DNA from: Pristiophorus japonicus
Lineage: Eukaryota
Length of the DNA: 64,000 bases
Direction: 5' to 3'
NCBI RefSeq assembly: GCF_044704955.1
Contig: NC_091995.1
Location: 49,910,001 to 49,974,000 of the forward strand
Made by a program: the position numbers and the translations under genes
In this document: positions 1-11,690 of the stretch, in pieces
Position numbering within the stretch: position 1 is the first letter of the stretch
Layout of the letters: every line of letters begins with the position of its first letter
Notes under the pieces: model-generated
What the model was told of the DNA's origin: nothing
Databases searched by the model: none
The model's input: only the letters and a program-made list of their open reading frames with translations

Positions 1-458
1 ATTTCAAATGATCTTTTAAATGTTTGTATCTGAGACAAATCCATGTATACATTTCTAAAAATAACCGATATATCGTAAAATCCCCTCTGCCCATAATTAG
101 ACCTCACATATCGCTCGTCATTTAACTGGAAGCTTTGATGTAAACTATTCCGACAGTTGCGGTGAAATCTAAAATGAAATTATTTTCTTCATATTCTGCA
201 CATGAAACAATATATCACTGAGAAATCATTCTTTGCTGCTCATTTGCTGAGGAAAAGAACGCGGAGGACAACTGGCAGGAATTTGCAGCCGCTGCCAGAA
301 AACTGAATGATTGAATATTGCAGTCAGAATCGTGCTATCACTCTGAAACATGCATTGGGCATATTTGCAACGAGCAGATACTGGGGTACATTTTCAAACT
401 GACGTTTGGCTTAAAACTGGCGATGGGCCGCTCACTATTATCTGTTAGTGTAACAAAT

Positions 459-600
459 GCTCTGACGAAGAGTCATCGACCTGAAACGTTAACTCTGTTT
501 TTCTCTCCACAGAGGGTGCCTGACCCGCTGGGATTTCCAGCATGTTCTGTTTTTATTTCAGATTCCAGCATCGGCAGATTGTTGCTTTTGTATTATCTGT
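459..600 (+). mobile_element. Penelope-like element pseudo-LTR fragment containing a minimal type I hammerhead ribozyme motif
   Basis: CTGACGA (462-468), stem II AGAGTC-ATC-GACCT, GAAA (483-486), CGTT-AAC. It is followed by the tctctccacaga..gcctgacccgctg..tttccagcat..ttctgtttttatttcagattccagcatc repeat, which also sits next to the GIY-YIG fragment at 58820-59334. Confidence 0.7.
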
Positions 601-1064
601 TAGCCGACCCGCGACGCCGGTTTATACCAGGGACGACAGATTTAAAACTACCCCACGATGTGTCTGGGGGAACAGGGATAAGCAAACCAGCCGCCCCATT
701 GTTTTTTTGCGCCAAGCTGGACATTCGTTTCCGTTGAAGTGAAAGGAAATGAAAATCGGGCGGATTTAATTGCGGCCACCATTCGGAAAAGCCCATTTTT
801 GGTCTGGTGGAAAGTTGGAAATCCAACCATGTCACCCACTGCAGCATTTTCTTTCTTTTGAAGAAACTCAGAATAAATTAGCGACGTGCATCCATAATGA
901 AATGTATCTTTTCTAGAATTACTCGCCTTACCTGCTAAATTGGGAGAAATAGAGAGAGAGATTTGACTGATGAGAAAACTTTCCATAATTTCAAACTAAG
1001 ACCTGTCGACGGATCATCCTGTCAGAGTAAGGAGAGTTAGTAATTTAATTTCCTCTTTTTGCAG

Positions 1065-1999
1065 CTAATTTGGTGACAATCGTCATTCTCTCCCGTGGAA
1101 AGTGCAGTCTCTCCAAATGCATCACCCGTTACCTGGTGGCCATGGCAGCGGCTGATCTAATGGTCCTGATATTTGAAGTAATTCTGTATGAGATTCATGA
1201 TGCTTATTTCCCATATTCATTCCTGAACTATACTCCGATTTGTAGTCTTAACATTGTCCTATATTATTCGTTCATTGATTGCTCTGTCTGGCTAACGGTG
1301 GCTTTCACATTTGATTGTTGTGTCGCTATTTGTTACCAAACGTTGCGAACAAAATATTGTACCGAAAAAACTGCGGCTGTGGTGATAGCAGTGGTGTGTT
1401 TCTTAAGCTTTTTAGAAAATGTTCCCATGTACTTTGCATTTGTACCTCGGGAAATAATTGACAATGTACCATGGTGCTGCTTTGTAAAATCAAGCTTCTA
1501 TACCTCACCCATATGGGTAGCATTTTTGTGGTTGGAAACCATTTTAGCCCCATTTGCACCATTTGTGTTGATCGTGCTGCTCAATGCCCTGACCATCAGA
1601 CACATTGTACTGGCCAATAGGGTGAGGAGGGGTCTCCGAGCAAACAACAATGGTGGGAATCATAAGGATCCAGAGATGGAGAACCGAAGGAAATCCATCA
1701 TTTTACTGCTCGCTATATCTGGCAGTTTTATACTATTATGGACGGTAAATTTCATCGTTATCATATTTGTGCAATTTACAGATACGCAATTTACGGAAAC
1801 AAATTACAACAACTCTTTCACCATTGCAGAAATATCCGGGAATATGCTGAGGTCTTTTAGTGCTTGCACAAACACGTTTATTTACGCAGTATCTCAGAGC
1901 AAATTCAGAGAAGAATTAAAGAATGTGATTATGTGGCCCAAGGCTATCATTACGTATTTAATCAAATTGGTTAAATGTCTTCACAGAACTGAAGTGTAA
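1065..1999 (+). CDS. Exon 2 (bulk of the coding sequence) of a class A orphan GPCR, shark GPR139/GPR142-like family; exon 1 lies upstream of the window
   Basis: Polypyrimidine tract + AG at 1063-1064, then CT AAT TTG GTG = (A)NLVTIVILSRGKC, a phase-1 start matching the phase-1 donor of paralogous exon 1 at 40407-40476. Open frame to TAA 1999 with TM2 LVAMAAADL, TM3 CSVWLTVAFTFD, TM5 PF, TM6 SFILLW, TM7 NTFIY and helix 8 SKFREELK. Confidence 0.9.
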
Positions 2000-2429
2000 C
2001 TACACCCATCGGAAGAGAACAGCTTCTGCACATAATAATCTCCAAAGGAACTGGAAGCTGCCATCTGTTCCCCATATTAGATGTCATATTGTAGGAGATC
2101 AAAGATTCTTGTGGTATTATAAACTTTTTCCGAGAATGTAATACAGCCGCTGTCGGGTTGGAACAAACACATAAGAATTTTTGAGATCCGAAATAAAATC
2201 CATTGGGCAGATATATATGTTGCTTTTAACTGATCTAAATCGAACACCGGTTTCCTTACCTGATTCCTCAATCCCTTCTCCCAACATAACAGAGGTAATT
2301 ATCTGTTGAAGCAGCCAGTTGTTCCCATCAATGGATTAATTTTGTGAATGATCTCCAGGGCGTTTGAATCTTTTAGAAATCAGGATTTTCCTGACCTATC
2401 AATATGTTCCCAAGTTACCAATTTACAAC

Positions 2430-3415
2430 TTTTGATTACAATCTAAATTAATTATTTAGTCTTTGGAATGAAAAACACAATTTCTAAATTGGAAGACGAT
2501 GCCAAATTGTGGCGAGAGGATAGTCTCTACACAGGGGAAATGTAATGAATTGCAAGAGGACATTAATAAACTTGCAGCTTTGTCAAATAATTGACGAATC
2601 CATTTTAACATAAATAAATGTGAGGTATTACATTTTGGTAAGAAATATTAGGTGGTCACAGATTACTTGGAAAATAAGAATCAAATGGATTAGAGGAGAA
2701 ACGGGAAAATCAAATGGGTTTGCGGAGAAATCTGGATCTACAAATACACAAAGCACTCAAAGTTGTGACGCAGGTCAATAAGGCTATAACAAAAGCAAGC
2801 CAAACACCAGGGTTTATTTCGAGAGGGATAGTATTGGCAACTAGTTAGGTTATGCTAAACGTGTACTGAATCTTGGTTAGACTGCACTTGGAGTATTGTG
2901 CATAGTTTATAAAAAGGTCGTCATATTATAAAAAGGATATAGAGGAGGAGAGGGTAAAAAATATATCATAATTGCAGGTTAGATAGACAGGAAAGGGTCT
3001 TTTTTCTCTTTAAAACAAAAGCCTGAGGGGTTACCTAACAGAAGTTTTTGAAATTATGCCAGGTTTTGACAGTGTAGATGCACAAAGAGTGTTTCCACTT
3101 GTCAGGAAGTTTAAAATTATAGACTATTAATATAAATTATTCACCAAGAAATCAAATCCGGACTTCAGAAAAAACGTCGTTACCCAGAGAGTGGTGATAA
3201 TTTGGAACTCACTATCACAGGGAGCTATGGAGGCGAATAGTACAGATGCATTAAAGGGAACGCTAGATAAGCTTATGAGGGAGAAATGTGTAGAGGGTTA
3301 TGCTGATGGGCTTAGATGAGGAAGGAGAGCTGGCTCAAGTCGAGCATTAATGCCAACATGAACTAGTTGGGCTGAATGGCCTATTTCTGTGCTCAGTATT
3401 TGATGTAATTCTATA
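2430..3415 (+). mobile_element. Old, degenerate 5'-truncated CR1 LINE
   Basis: Decayed RT C-terminal motifs (aaatgtgaggtattacattttgg; cacttggagtattgtgca; acccagagagtggtga) and a 3' UTR gggctgaatggcctatttctgtgct with a tctat tail. Confidence 0.8.
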
Positions 3416-4911
3416 AAAACCCAGAGTTCAGATCTCCACTCAGCATTAAAGACACGGGAAAAGAGAAACGCGCAGTTACAGTGGAAATTAATCTGGCTAC
3501 AGACATTAACTTGAAGTTAACTCAGTGGGAGATCGACTGACCTCATAGCTTGTGACGCAATGTTTTAATGTCTGCATATATCCATCCACTAAAAGTTGCC
3601 TTAATTAATCCACAAATAGCTAGAATAAATCAGCCAACTAGATCAGGTCTCAGTTCATATGCATTCGCTTTACAGCTTAATTTTAAAAGAATTTCCGGTA
3701 ATTTATTTCAGAACAAAATCTCAAACGAAAGCAAAGAAACCCCATCAGTTTCGCTGTTTCTTTTTGCTCACAGACAGGTCTACATCATCATTGGCATGTC
3801 ATCAATGGATTTCTCATAATGATGCAGTTTGGTCAATCTATGGAAAATACATATTTCCCTTTCTATTTGAAATCATGCTAATTAAAACGCAAATAAATCG
3901 CAGTCTGTTACAGAATCACGTAAAATAAATCCCATCAGACTTTCCCAACATGCAGACTTCATGGGCCGCCAGTATCAATTCGGAGAGGGAAGCGGAGAAG
4001 ATTTCCCCAATAATTGAATATTGCTGAGACGAATTGTAATGGCTGAAATCGGTGCCCTGACTGGGTTCAGCGAACTCAGTTCCAACTATAGATGAAACTT
4101 TCGGAACAAGTTTGTATAGGACGTTTGGAATGTTTATGCAAGTAGCTTTCAAGTAGCATAACGTGGACAATCTAACTTTCATAAACAAAACTGGCAGCTC
4201 TTTCAGTCAGTCCGCCAAGAACCGCCCTCCCCGCCCCACACCATTCCCAGGAACTGTTGCTGTGAGAATCGGAAGCCATTTGGGGACGAAACTGATTGCT
4301 TATCGGGTTTTTAATGAGGTAACAGAGAGGGTTGTTGAGGTTAATGCGCTCGATTTAGTGTACATGAATTTCCAAAAGGCGTTGGCAAAGTTCCACATAA
4401 TATGCTTGCCAGTAATATTAAATCCCATGGAATAAAAGGCAGCATGCATACGAAATTGGATACATGACAGGAAACAGAGAGCAGTGGTGAACGGTTGTTT
4501 CTCGGACTGGAGGAATGTACCCCAGTTCTATGGCCACTGCTTTTATTGATATATATTAATGCATTGGACGTGGGTGTTCAGGGCACAATTTCAAAATTTG
4601 CAGTTGACTCAAAACTTGGAAGTATAGTGAACAGTGAGGGGGAGAGTGATATAATTCAGGGAGACATAGACAGGCTGGTGAAATGGGCGGACACATGGCA
4701 GATGAAATTTAATGCAGAAAAGCGTGAAGTGGGACATTTTGGTAGGAAGAATGAGGAAAGGACATGAAAAGTAAGTGGTGCAATCCTAAAGGGGGGAGCA
4801 TGAACAGAGGGACCTGGGGGTATATGTGCACAAATCATTTAAGGTGGAAGGTCAGGTGGGTAAATCTGTTTAAAAGGCTTACATGATCCTGGGTTTCATA
4901 AATAGAGATAT

Positions 4912-5788
4912 AGGCTAGAAATTCAGTTTTTGATTATATCGTTTCCCCCCCCATTATTTTACAGCAAAAATACCAGTAAAAACATCGTCATTTATTAAGG
5001 GGTTAAAATTGTCAAAAAAATGCGCCCAACAGTAAAAATCGGCATTGCACGAGGATTCACGGTGAAACCAGCACTCCTCATCAACTTTAGCCCGAGGCCG
5101 ATTACCACCAAAAATACAGGCTCTGGGAGGGGAGAAAACATACCAAAAAATTTCAAAAATAAAAAAATTAAAAATCGGAAAACCTTTACTATGTACTTTG
5201 TGGTGTATGTAGGCACCTTTAGTAATGACTCCACGAGGCAGGGTATGATACTTAAACTGTGTAGACCTGTAGTCCTTTATTGGCAGCTCCTCGAGTGCAG
5301 GACAACAAGCTGTGAGTTCCTTTTTATACTGGGTTACCTGCAGGTAACCCTTATGTCTCCAACAGCAGCACCCTCTGGTGTACAGGTAAGGTGTGTACAG
5401 TGTAAGGGTACATTCAGTATTGCATAACAGTGTTACAGACATCACACAGTGAACAGGCACACATACACAACATACTTAACTAACGAATCGCTGAAAATGA
5501 ATGAAAACATAAAAACTTCAACTTACCTTTTTTGTTGGAGTTCATACCTACCGCTGTTTTTGGGGCTTCAATGCAAGCTTTTTTCTGGCATTTTTATTTC
5601 ACGCTGGGTACGGGTTCGCCGAACAATTTTAAGCAGTGTGGGATTTTTTTTAGCATCTCGATCCGCATTTCAGTGATATTTCAAAACCGCCATTCATTAA
5701 TTTTGGACAATTTAGTTGAGTACCTTTTACCGGCAAAAAAGCAAAATATTGCCAACAAAAAGTGCGCAAGGCTGACCAATTTCTCCCA
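4912..5788. mobile_element. Non-autonomous TIR element (PIF/Harbinger-like MITE) nested in CR1
   Basis: Imperfect inverted termini GGCTAGAAATT...AATTTCTCCC. It is non-coding and interrupts a colinear CR1. Confidence 0.55.
5199..5472 (-). mobile_element. Solo LTR (274 bp, Gypsy-like) with 5-bp TSD
   Basis: TG...CA ends with an 11/12 inverted match (TGTGGTGTATGT / ACATACACAACA). TSD TACTT at 5194-5198 and 5473-5477. Minus-strand TATAAAAAGG (~5320-5329) and AATAAA (~5276-5281). Confidence 0.8.
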
Positions 5789-6454
5789 CAATGATTATAA
5801 ATGTTTTGAAATTATGATGAACCTGTAGAACATAGGCTAGGCCCCAACTGGAGTACTGTGTCCATCTCTGGGCACCAAACTTTAGGAAGGATAGGAAGGC
5901 ATTAGCGCAAGTGCAGAAAAGATTTACGAGAATGATTCCAGGAATGAGGGACTTCAGTTACATCTATAGACTGGAGAAGCTGGGCTATTCTCTTGAAGAA
6001 GATAAGATTGAGCGGAGATTTGATAGAGGTGTTCAAAATCATAAGGGATCTGGACAGAGTAGAGAGAGAGAATCTGTTCACTTGGCAGAAGGGTCGAGGA
6101 CACAGATTTGAGGTGATTGGCACAAGAATCAAAGGCGATGTGAGAAAAACATTTTTACACAGCGAGTGGTTGGGATCTAGAATGCACGGCCAGAAAGGGT
6201 GGTGGAGGCAGACTCAAACTTATCTTTCAAAAGGGAATTGGATAAGTATCTGAGGGGAAAAATGGAGGGCCACGGGGATATGGCACGGGAGTGCAACTCA
6301 TGAGAGTCAGCAAGGGCGCGGCGGGCTGAATGGTCTTCTTCCGTGCTGTAACCATTCTATGATTCTATTCTATCTTTTGAAAATAAATCTCACTAAAAGT
6401 CATCGTTGACCAAATATCCAAAAAGGTGTCGAGCTTTAGGGGAATGCGCCATAT

Positions 6455-8986
6455 TTGAATAAATGGTTCATTCTTCGTTTGGCAATCAGTAACCAGTGGG
6501 ATGCCACAGGGATCAATGCTGGGACCCCAAATATTTACAATCTATATTAACGAGTTGGAAGAAGGAACCGAGTGTAACGTAGCCAAGTTTGCTGATGATA
6601 CAAAGATGTGAGGAAAAGCAACGTGTGAGGAGGACACAACAAATCTAAAAAAGGACATAGACAGGCTAAGTGAGTGGGTAAAAATTTTGCAGATGGAGCA
6701 TAATTTTGGAAAGTATGAGGTCATGCACCTTGGCACAAAAAAAAAATCAAAAAGCAAGTTATTATTTAAATGGAGAAGTATTGCAAAGTGCTGCCGTATA
6801 TCAGGACCTGGTGGTACTTGTGCATGAAACACAAAAGGTTAGTATGCAGGTACAGCACGTGATCATGAAGGCCAATGGTATCTTGGCCTTTATTGCAAAG
6901 GGGATGGAGTATAAAAGCAGGGAAGTCTAGCTACAGTTGTATAGGGTATTGACGAGGCCACTCCTGGAATACTGCGTGGAGTTTTGGTTTCCATATTTAT
7001 GAAAGTATATACTTGGTTTGGAGGCAGTTCAGAGAAGGTTCACAAAGTTGATTTCGGAGATGAGGGGGTTGACTTATGGGGAAAGGTTGAGTAGGTTGAG
7101 CCTCGACTCATTGGAATTCAGAAGAATGAGAGGTCATCTTATCAAAACATATGAAGTGGAAGGTAGCCAATGTAACCACACTTTTTAAAAAAGGAGGGAG
7201 AGAGAAAACAGGGAATTTGACATCGGTAGTGGGTAAAATGATGGAATCAATTATAAAGGATGTCATAGCAGCGCATTTGGAAAGAGGTGACATGTTAGGC
7301 CCAAGTCAGCATGGATTTGTGAAAGGGAAATCATGCTTGATAAATCTTCTGGAATTTTTTGATGATGTTTCCAGTAGATTACGCAAGGGAGAACCAGTTG
7401 ATGTGTGTATTTGGACTTTCAGAAGGCTTTCGACAAGGTCCCACACAAGAGATTAATGTGCAAAGTTAAAGCACATGGGATTCGGGGTAGTGTGCTGACG
7501 TGGATTGAGAACTGGTGGCAGACAGAAAGCAAAGAGTAGGAGTAAATGGGTACTTTTCAGAATGGCAGGCAGTGACTAGTGGGGTACCGCAAGGTTCTGT
7601 GCTGGGGCCCCAGCTGTTTACATTGTACATTAATGATTTAGACGAGGGGATTAAATGTAGTATCTCCAAATGTGCGGATGACACTGAGTTGGGTGGCAGT
7701 GTGAGCTGCGAGGAGGATGCTATGAGGCTGCAGAGTGACTTGGATAGGTTAGGTGAGTGGGCAAATGCATGGCAGATGAAGTATAATGTGAATAAATGTG
7801 AGGTTATCCATTTGGTGGTTAAAAACAGAAAGACAGACTATTATCTGAATGGTGACAGATTAGGAAAAGGGGAGCTGCAACGAGACCTGGGTGTCATGGT
7901 ACATCAGTCATTGAAGGTTGGCATGCAAGTATAGCAGGCAGTTAAGAAAGCAAATGGCATTTTGGCCTTCATAGCAAGGGGATTTGAGTACAGGGGCAGA
8001 GAGGTGTTGCTACAGTTGTACTGGGCCTTGGTGAGGCTACACATGGAGTATTGTGTACAGTTTTGGTCTCCTAACTTGAGGAACGACATTCTTGCTATTG
8101 AGGGAGTGCAGCAAAGGTTCACCAGACTGATTCCTGGGATGGTGGGACTGACATATCAAGAAAGACTGGATCAACTGGGCTTGTATTCACTGGAGTTCAG
8201 AAGAATGAGAGGGGATCTCATAGAAACGTTTAAAATTCTGATGGGTTTAGGCAGGTTAGATGCAGGAAGAATGTTGCCAATGTTGGGGAAGTCCAGAACC
8301 AGGGGTCACAGTCTAAGTATAAGGGGTAAGCCATTTAGGACCGAGATGAGGAGAAACTTCTTCACCCAGAGAGTGGTGAACCTGTGGAATTCTCCACCAC
8401 AGAAAGTTGTTGAGGCTAATTCACTAAATATATTCAAAGAGGAGTTAGATGTAGTCCTTACTACTCGGGGAATCAAGAGGTATGGCGAGAAAGCAGAGAT
8501 GGGGTGCTGAAGTTGCATGTTCAGCCATGAACTCATTTGAATGGTGATGCAGGCTCGAAAGGCCGAATGGCCTACTCCTGCACCTATTTTCTATGTTTCT
8601 ATGTTTCTATGCATAAGTTCATGAGGGGGCATGACAAGCAGGATGCAGAGAGGATGCTTCCACTGATAGGGGAGACTAGAACGAGAGGGCATAACGTAGA
8701 ATAAGGGGCCGCCCATTTAAAATTGAGATGAGGGGAAATTTATTCTCTCAGAGCGTTGAGGATCTGTGGAATTCGCTGCCTCAGAGAGCTGTGGAAGCTG
8801 GGACACTGAATAGATTTAAGACAGAAATAGAGAGTTTCTTAAACGATAAGGGAATAAGGGGTTATGGAGAAAGGGCAGGGAAGTGGACCTGAATCCATGA
8901 TTGGATCAGCCATGATCGTATTAAGTGGCGGAGCAGGCTTGAGGAGCAGTATGGGCTACTCCTGCTCGTATTTCTTATGTTCTTAT
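6455..8986 (+). mobile_element. CR1 LINE (host of a nested CR1 at 7153-8610)
   Basis: RT motifs (ccacagggatcaatgctgggacc, gccaagtttgctgatgat) to 7152. Colinear sequence resumes at 8611 and ends in a ttcttatgttcttat tail. Confidence 0.85.
7153..8610 (+). mobile_element. Younger CR1 LINE (same subfamily as 29690-33355) nested in another CR1
   Basis: [38 protein letters not shown], (ttctatgt)n tail; near-identical to 31890-33355. Confidence 0.9.
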
Positions 8987-9489
8987 ATTTCTAAAATAAC
9001 TCGCTTCAGGCAGGGTTACTTACCATTGGCCCAATGGATGTAACCGCGTCTCGCTCTAAATTCCGACTACAAAGCCAGCGTGAAGGCTCATTTTTGTCCT
9101 TCAAATCCTTAGAATTTGATGGCAAAAAACTCCCATAGCTCTTCCAAAGCTACTGAGATGTGTATCCACGTTTATCTTTCTCACACCCGGTATATAACAG
9201 ATCTGCCATTGTCTCCTCTCCCCTCCTCCCAACGCCTGTTGATGCTGAAATCCAACATCTCAGCATACCCGCGGGGCTGCTCGGCTGCATACAACTGACT
9301 ATATCATTTTCTGTGTATCTGTGAACACTCTTGGATAGAACGTGCACCACGGGGCCTCCTTATATAGATATTATTTCGAATATAAATTAACAAAAAACAT
9401 TTATGATGTACCTAAAATGTAGGTGGTGCTTATAAACCGCTAACATGCAGTTATTTCGTCAAATGCCTTCCATGGATCTATAATGAAAG

Positions 9490-9602
9490 AAAAAAAGAAA
9501 GACTTGGATTAATAAAGCGCAGTTCACGACCACACGACCTCTCAAAGCGCTTTACAGGCAATGAAGTACTTTTGGAGTGTAGTCACTATTGTAATGTGGG
9601 AA
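9490..9602 (-). mobile_element. 3' end of an L2-tailed SINE (SacSINE/AmnSINE-like)
   Basis: Reverse complement gives ttcccacattacaatagtgactacactccaaaagtacttcattgcctgtaaagcgctttgagagg...tttctttt, a typical L2-derived SINE tail. Confidence 0.55.
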
Positions 9603-10333
9603 GGAATGACCTCAGCCTCAGGATTCTGTACCTTTACTTTAGGAGTGCAGATTTCTAAATATTTCATTTTAAACTGTGATCACTGTAATATTCTTGACTT
9701 TTTTTTGAAGGTGAAATGTCCTGCTCACTAACCATGGGTGGAAATATGGCTCGGCTTAATCTATTTGTTCAAATGACTTCAACTGTTAAGAATTGTGCAA
9801 TTCTCTTTTATCACTTGAGCTTTCTCTCAGGTCTTAATTGGACGTCATTTGATAAGCAGAATATCTGTGTGTCCATAAAACTGAAAGAGAGCATCGCTTC
9901 TCCCCCAAAATAGGATAGCCGATAATAATCATGCAGGGAGAAAGCATACACTGATGTATTATTCTAAGAATTGGTGTTCAGAATAATCCGCTTAGGTTCA
10001 GTTAATATTCACCTTTAGCAATATTTCACTGCATCACTGCTCCTGCTGTCGGTGTAATAATCTTATCTCTTTGATTTGCAGACCTCTTTGATGTGCAGAC
10101 AATAATTACCGCCAACAAATAAATAACAATTAAGAAAATTCAAAGTTTCCAACATATTCCTCATGTAATAACCGGATGGACAGCACAATTTGTTCTGAAG
10201 TTTTAAATTAAGCAGGTTAGAGGGGATTTCGTCGCATTTGTAGATAGCTTTGTAATTTTCTTTCAGAGCCAAGTATTTGTATCGCAGCTTGGTTCTGGTT
10301 GGTTAATATTATTGCGAATATTCAGAGATGATC

Positions 10334-11690
10334 CGAGTCTGAGAACGGTAGAGTTCGAGAGTGGGTGGTCCGAGGGTGCGGAGAGTCCGAGAGTTTGGCA
10401 GAGTCCGAGAGTTCGGGAGAGTCGGAGAGCTCAGCGGCAGAGTCCGAGAGATCGGGAGAGTCGGAGAGTTCATGTGAGTCCAGGAGAGTTGGAGAGCTTG
10501 GGTGAGTCTGAGTGTTCGGGAGAGTCGAGAGTTTGGGAGAGTCCGAGAGCTCGGCGGCAGAGTCCAAGAGATCGGGAGAGTCGGAGAGTTCATGTGAGTC
10601 CGGGAGAGTTGGAGAGCTCGGGTGAGTCTGAGTGTTCGGGAGAGTCGGACACTTCGGGAGAGCGGTAGAGTCCAATAGTTCGGGAGAGTGGGGGAGTCTG
10701 AGAGTTTGGGAGAGTGGGAGATTCCGAGAGAGCGGGAGAGTCCAAGAGTTCGGGAGAGTGGGAGAGTCCAAGAGTTTGGGGAGAGTCCGAGAGAGCGGGA
10801 GAGTCCAGGAGAGCGGGAGAGTCCGAGAGTTTGGGGAGAGTCCGAGAGTTCAGGAGAGCCTGAAAGTTTGGGGGGAGACCGAGAACGGGAGCGTACAAGA
10901 GTTCGGGGAGAGTCCAAGAGTTCGATTCCGAGAGCAGGAGATCGGAGAGTTCGGGGAGAGTCTGAAAGTTCGGGGAGAGTGGGAGAGTCCAAGAGGTTGG
11001 GGAGAGTCCAAGAGGTTGGGGAGAGTCCAAGAGTTTGGAGGAGTCCGAGAGCGGGAGAGTTCGGGGAGAATCCGAGATGCCGGGGAGCGTCCGAGAGTCT
11101 GAGAGAGTCCGAGAGTTCGGGGGTCTTTGAGAGTTCGGGGGAGTCCGAAAGCGGGAGAGTCCGAGAGCGAGAGAGTCCAAGAGTTCGGGGAGAGTCCGAG
11201 AGTTCGGGGAGAGTCCGAGAGTTCAGGGAGAGTCCGAGAAATTGAGAGTTCTGGGAGAGTCCGAGAGTGGGAGAGGCTGAGAGAGTCCGAGAGTTCAGGG
11301 GAGTCAGAGAGCCGGAGAGTCCGAGAGAATCCAAGAGTTCAGGGGGAGTCCGAGAGCGGGAGAGTCCATCAGCTCGGGAGAATCTGAGAGTTCGGGAGAG
11401 TTTGTGAGTTCGGAAGACTTTGTGTAGTTCGGGAGAGTGGGAGAGTCAGTGAGTTCGAGTCCAGAGCGGGAGAGTCCGAGTACAAAGTGGGAGAGTCCTA
11501 GAGCTGGAGAGTCCGAGAGTTCGGGAGGTCCGTGAGCTCGGGCGACTTTGAGTTCAGAAGAGTGAGAGTGGGAGAGTCCGTGAGTTCGAGTACAGAGTGG
11601 GAGAGTCCGAGAGCTGGAGAATCCGAGAGTTCGGGGAGAGTCCGAGAGTTCAGGGAGAGTCCGTGAGTTCGAGTCCGAGAGCGGGAGAAT
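10334..11690 (+). repeat. Purine-rich tandem repeat (9-10/19-20 bp units, e.g. GAGAGTTCGG-GAGAGTCC) with a 120-bp higher-order duplication
   Basis: Directly visible. The sequence at 10441-10500 recurs almost identically at 10561-10620. Confidence 0.95.

Larger units (their letters stand above)
4300..6372 (+). mobile_element. 5'-truncated CR1 LINE interrupted by a non-autonomous DNA element
   Basis: ORF fragments LDLVYMNFQKA, IYINALD..ISKFAVDSKLG, WQMKFNAEK and QKRFTRMIPGMR, with an (attct)n-like tail at ~6355-6372. The LINE sequence resumes at ~5808. Confidence 0.85.

Noticed and set aside
4910-5840. ATAGGCTAG direct repeat as a 9-bp TSD
   Set aside because: CR1 homology resumes at ~5808, before the second copy, so the match appears coincidental.
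10309-11387. Long overlapping ORFs (RESE/SPR-rich and LSDSP-rich) on both strands
   Set aside because: By-products of a stop-poor satellite. There is no start or splice context, and the ORFs are open in several frames.
10334-11690. CRISPR-like array
   Set aside because: Tandem degenerate units without unique spacers, no cas genes, and a vertebrate context.
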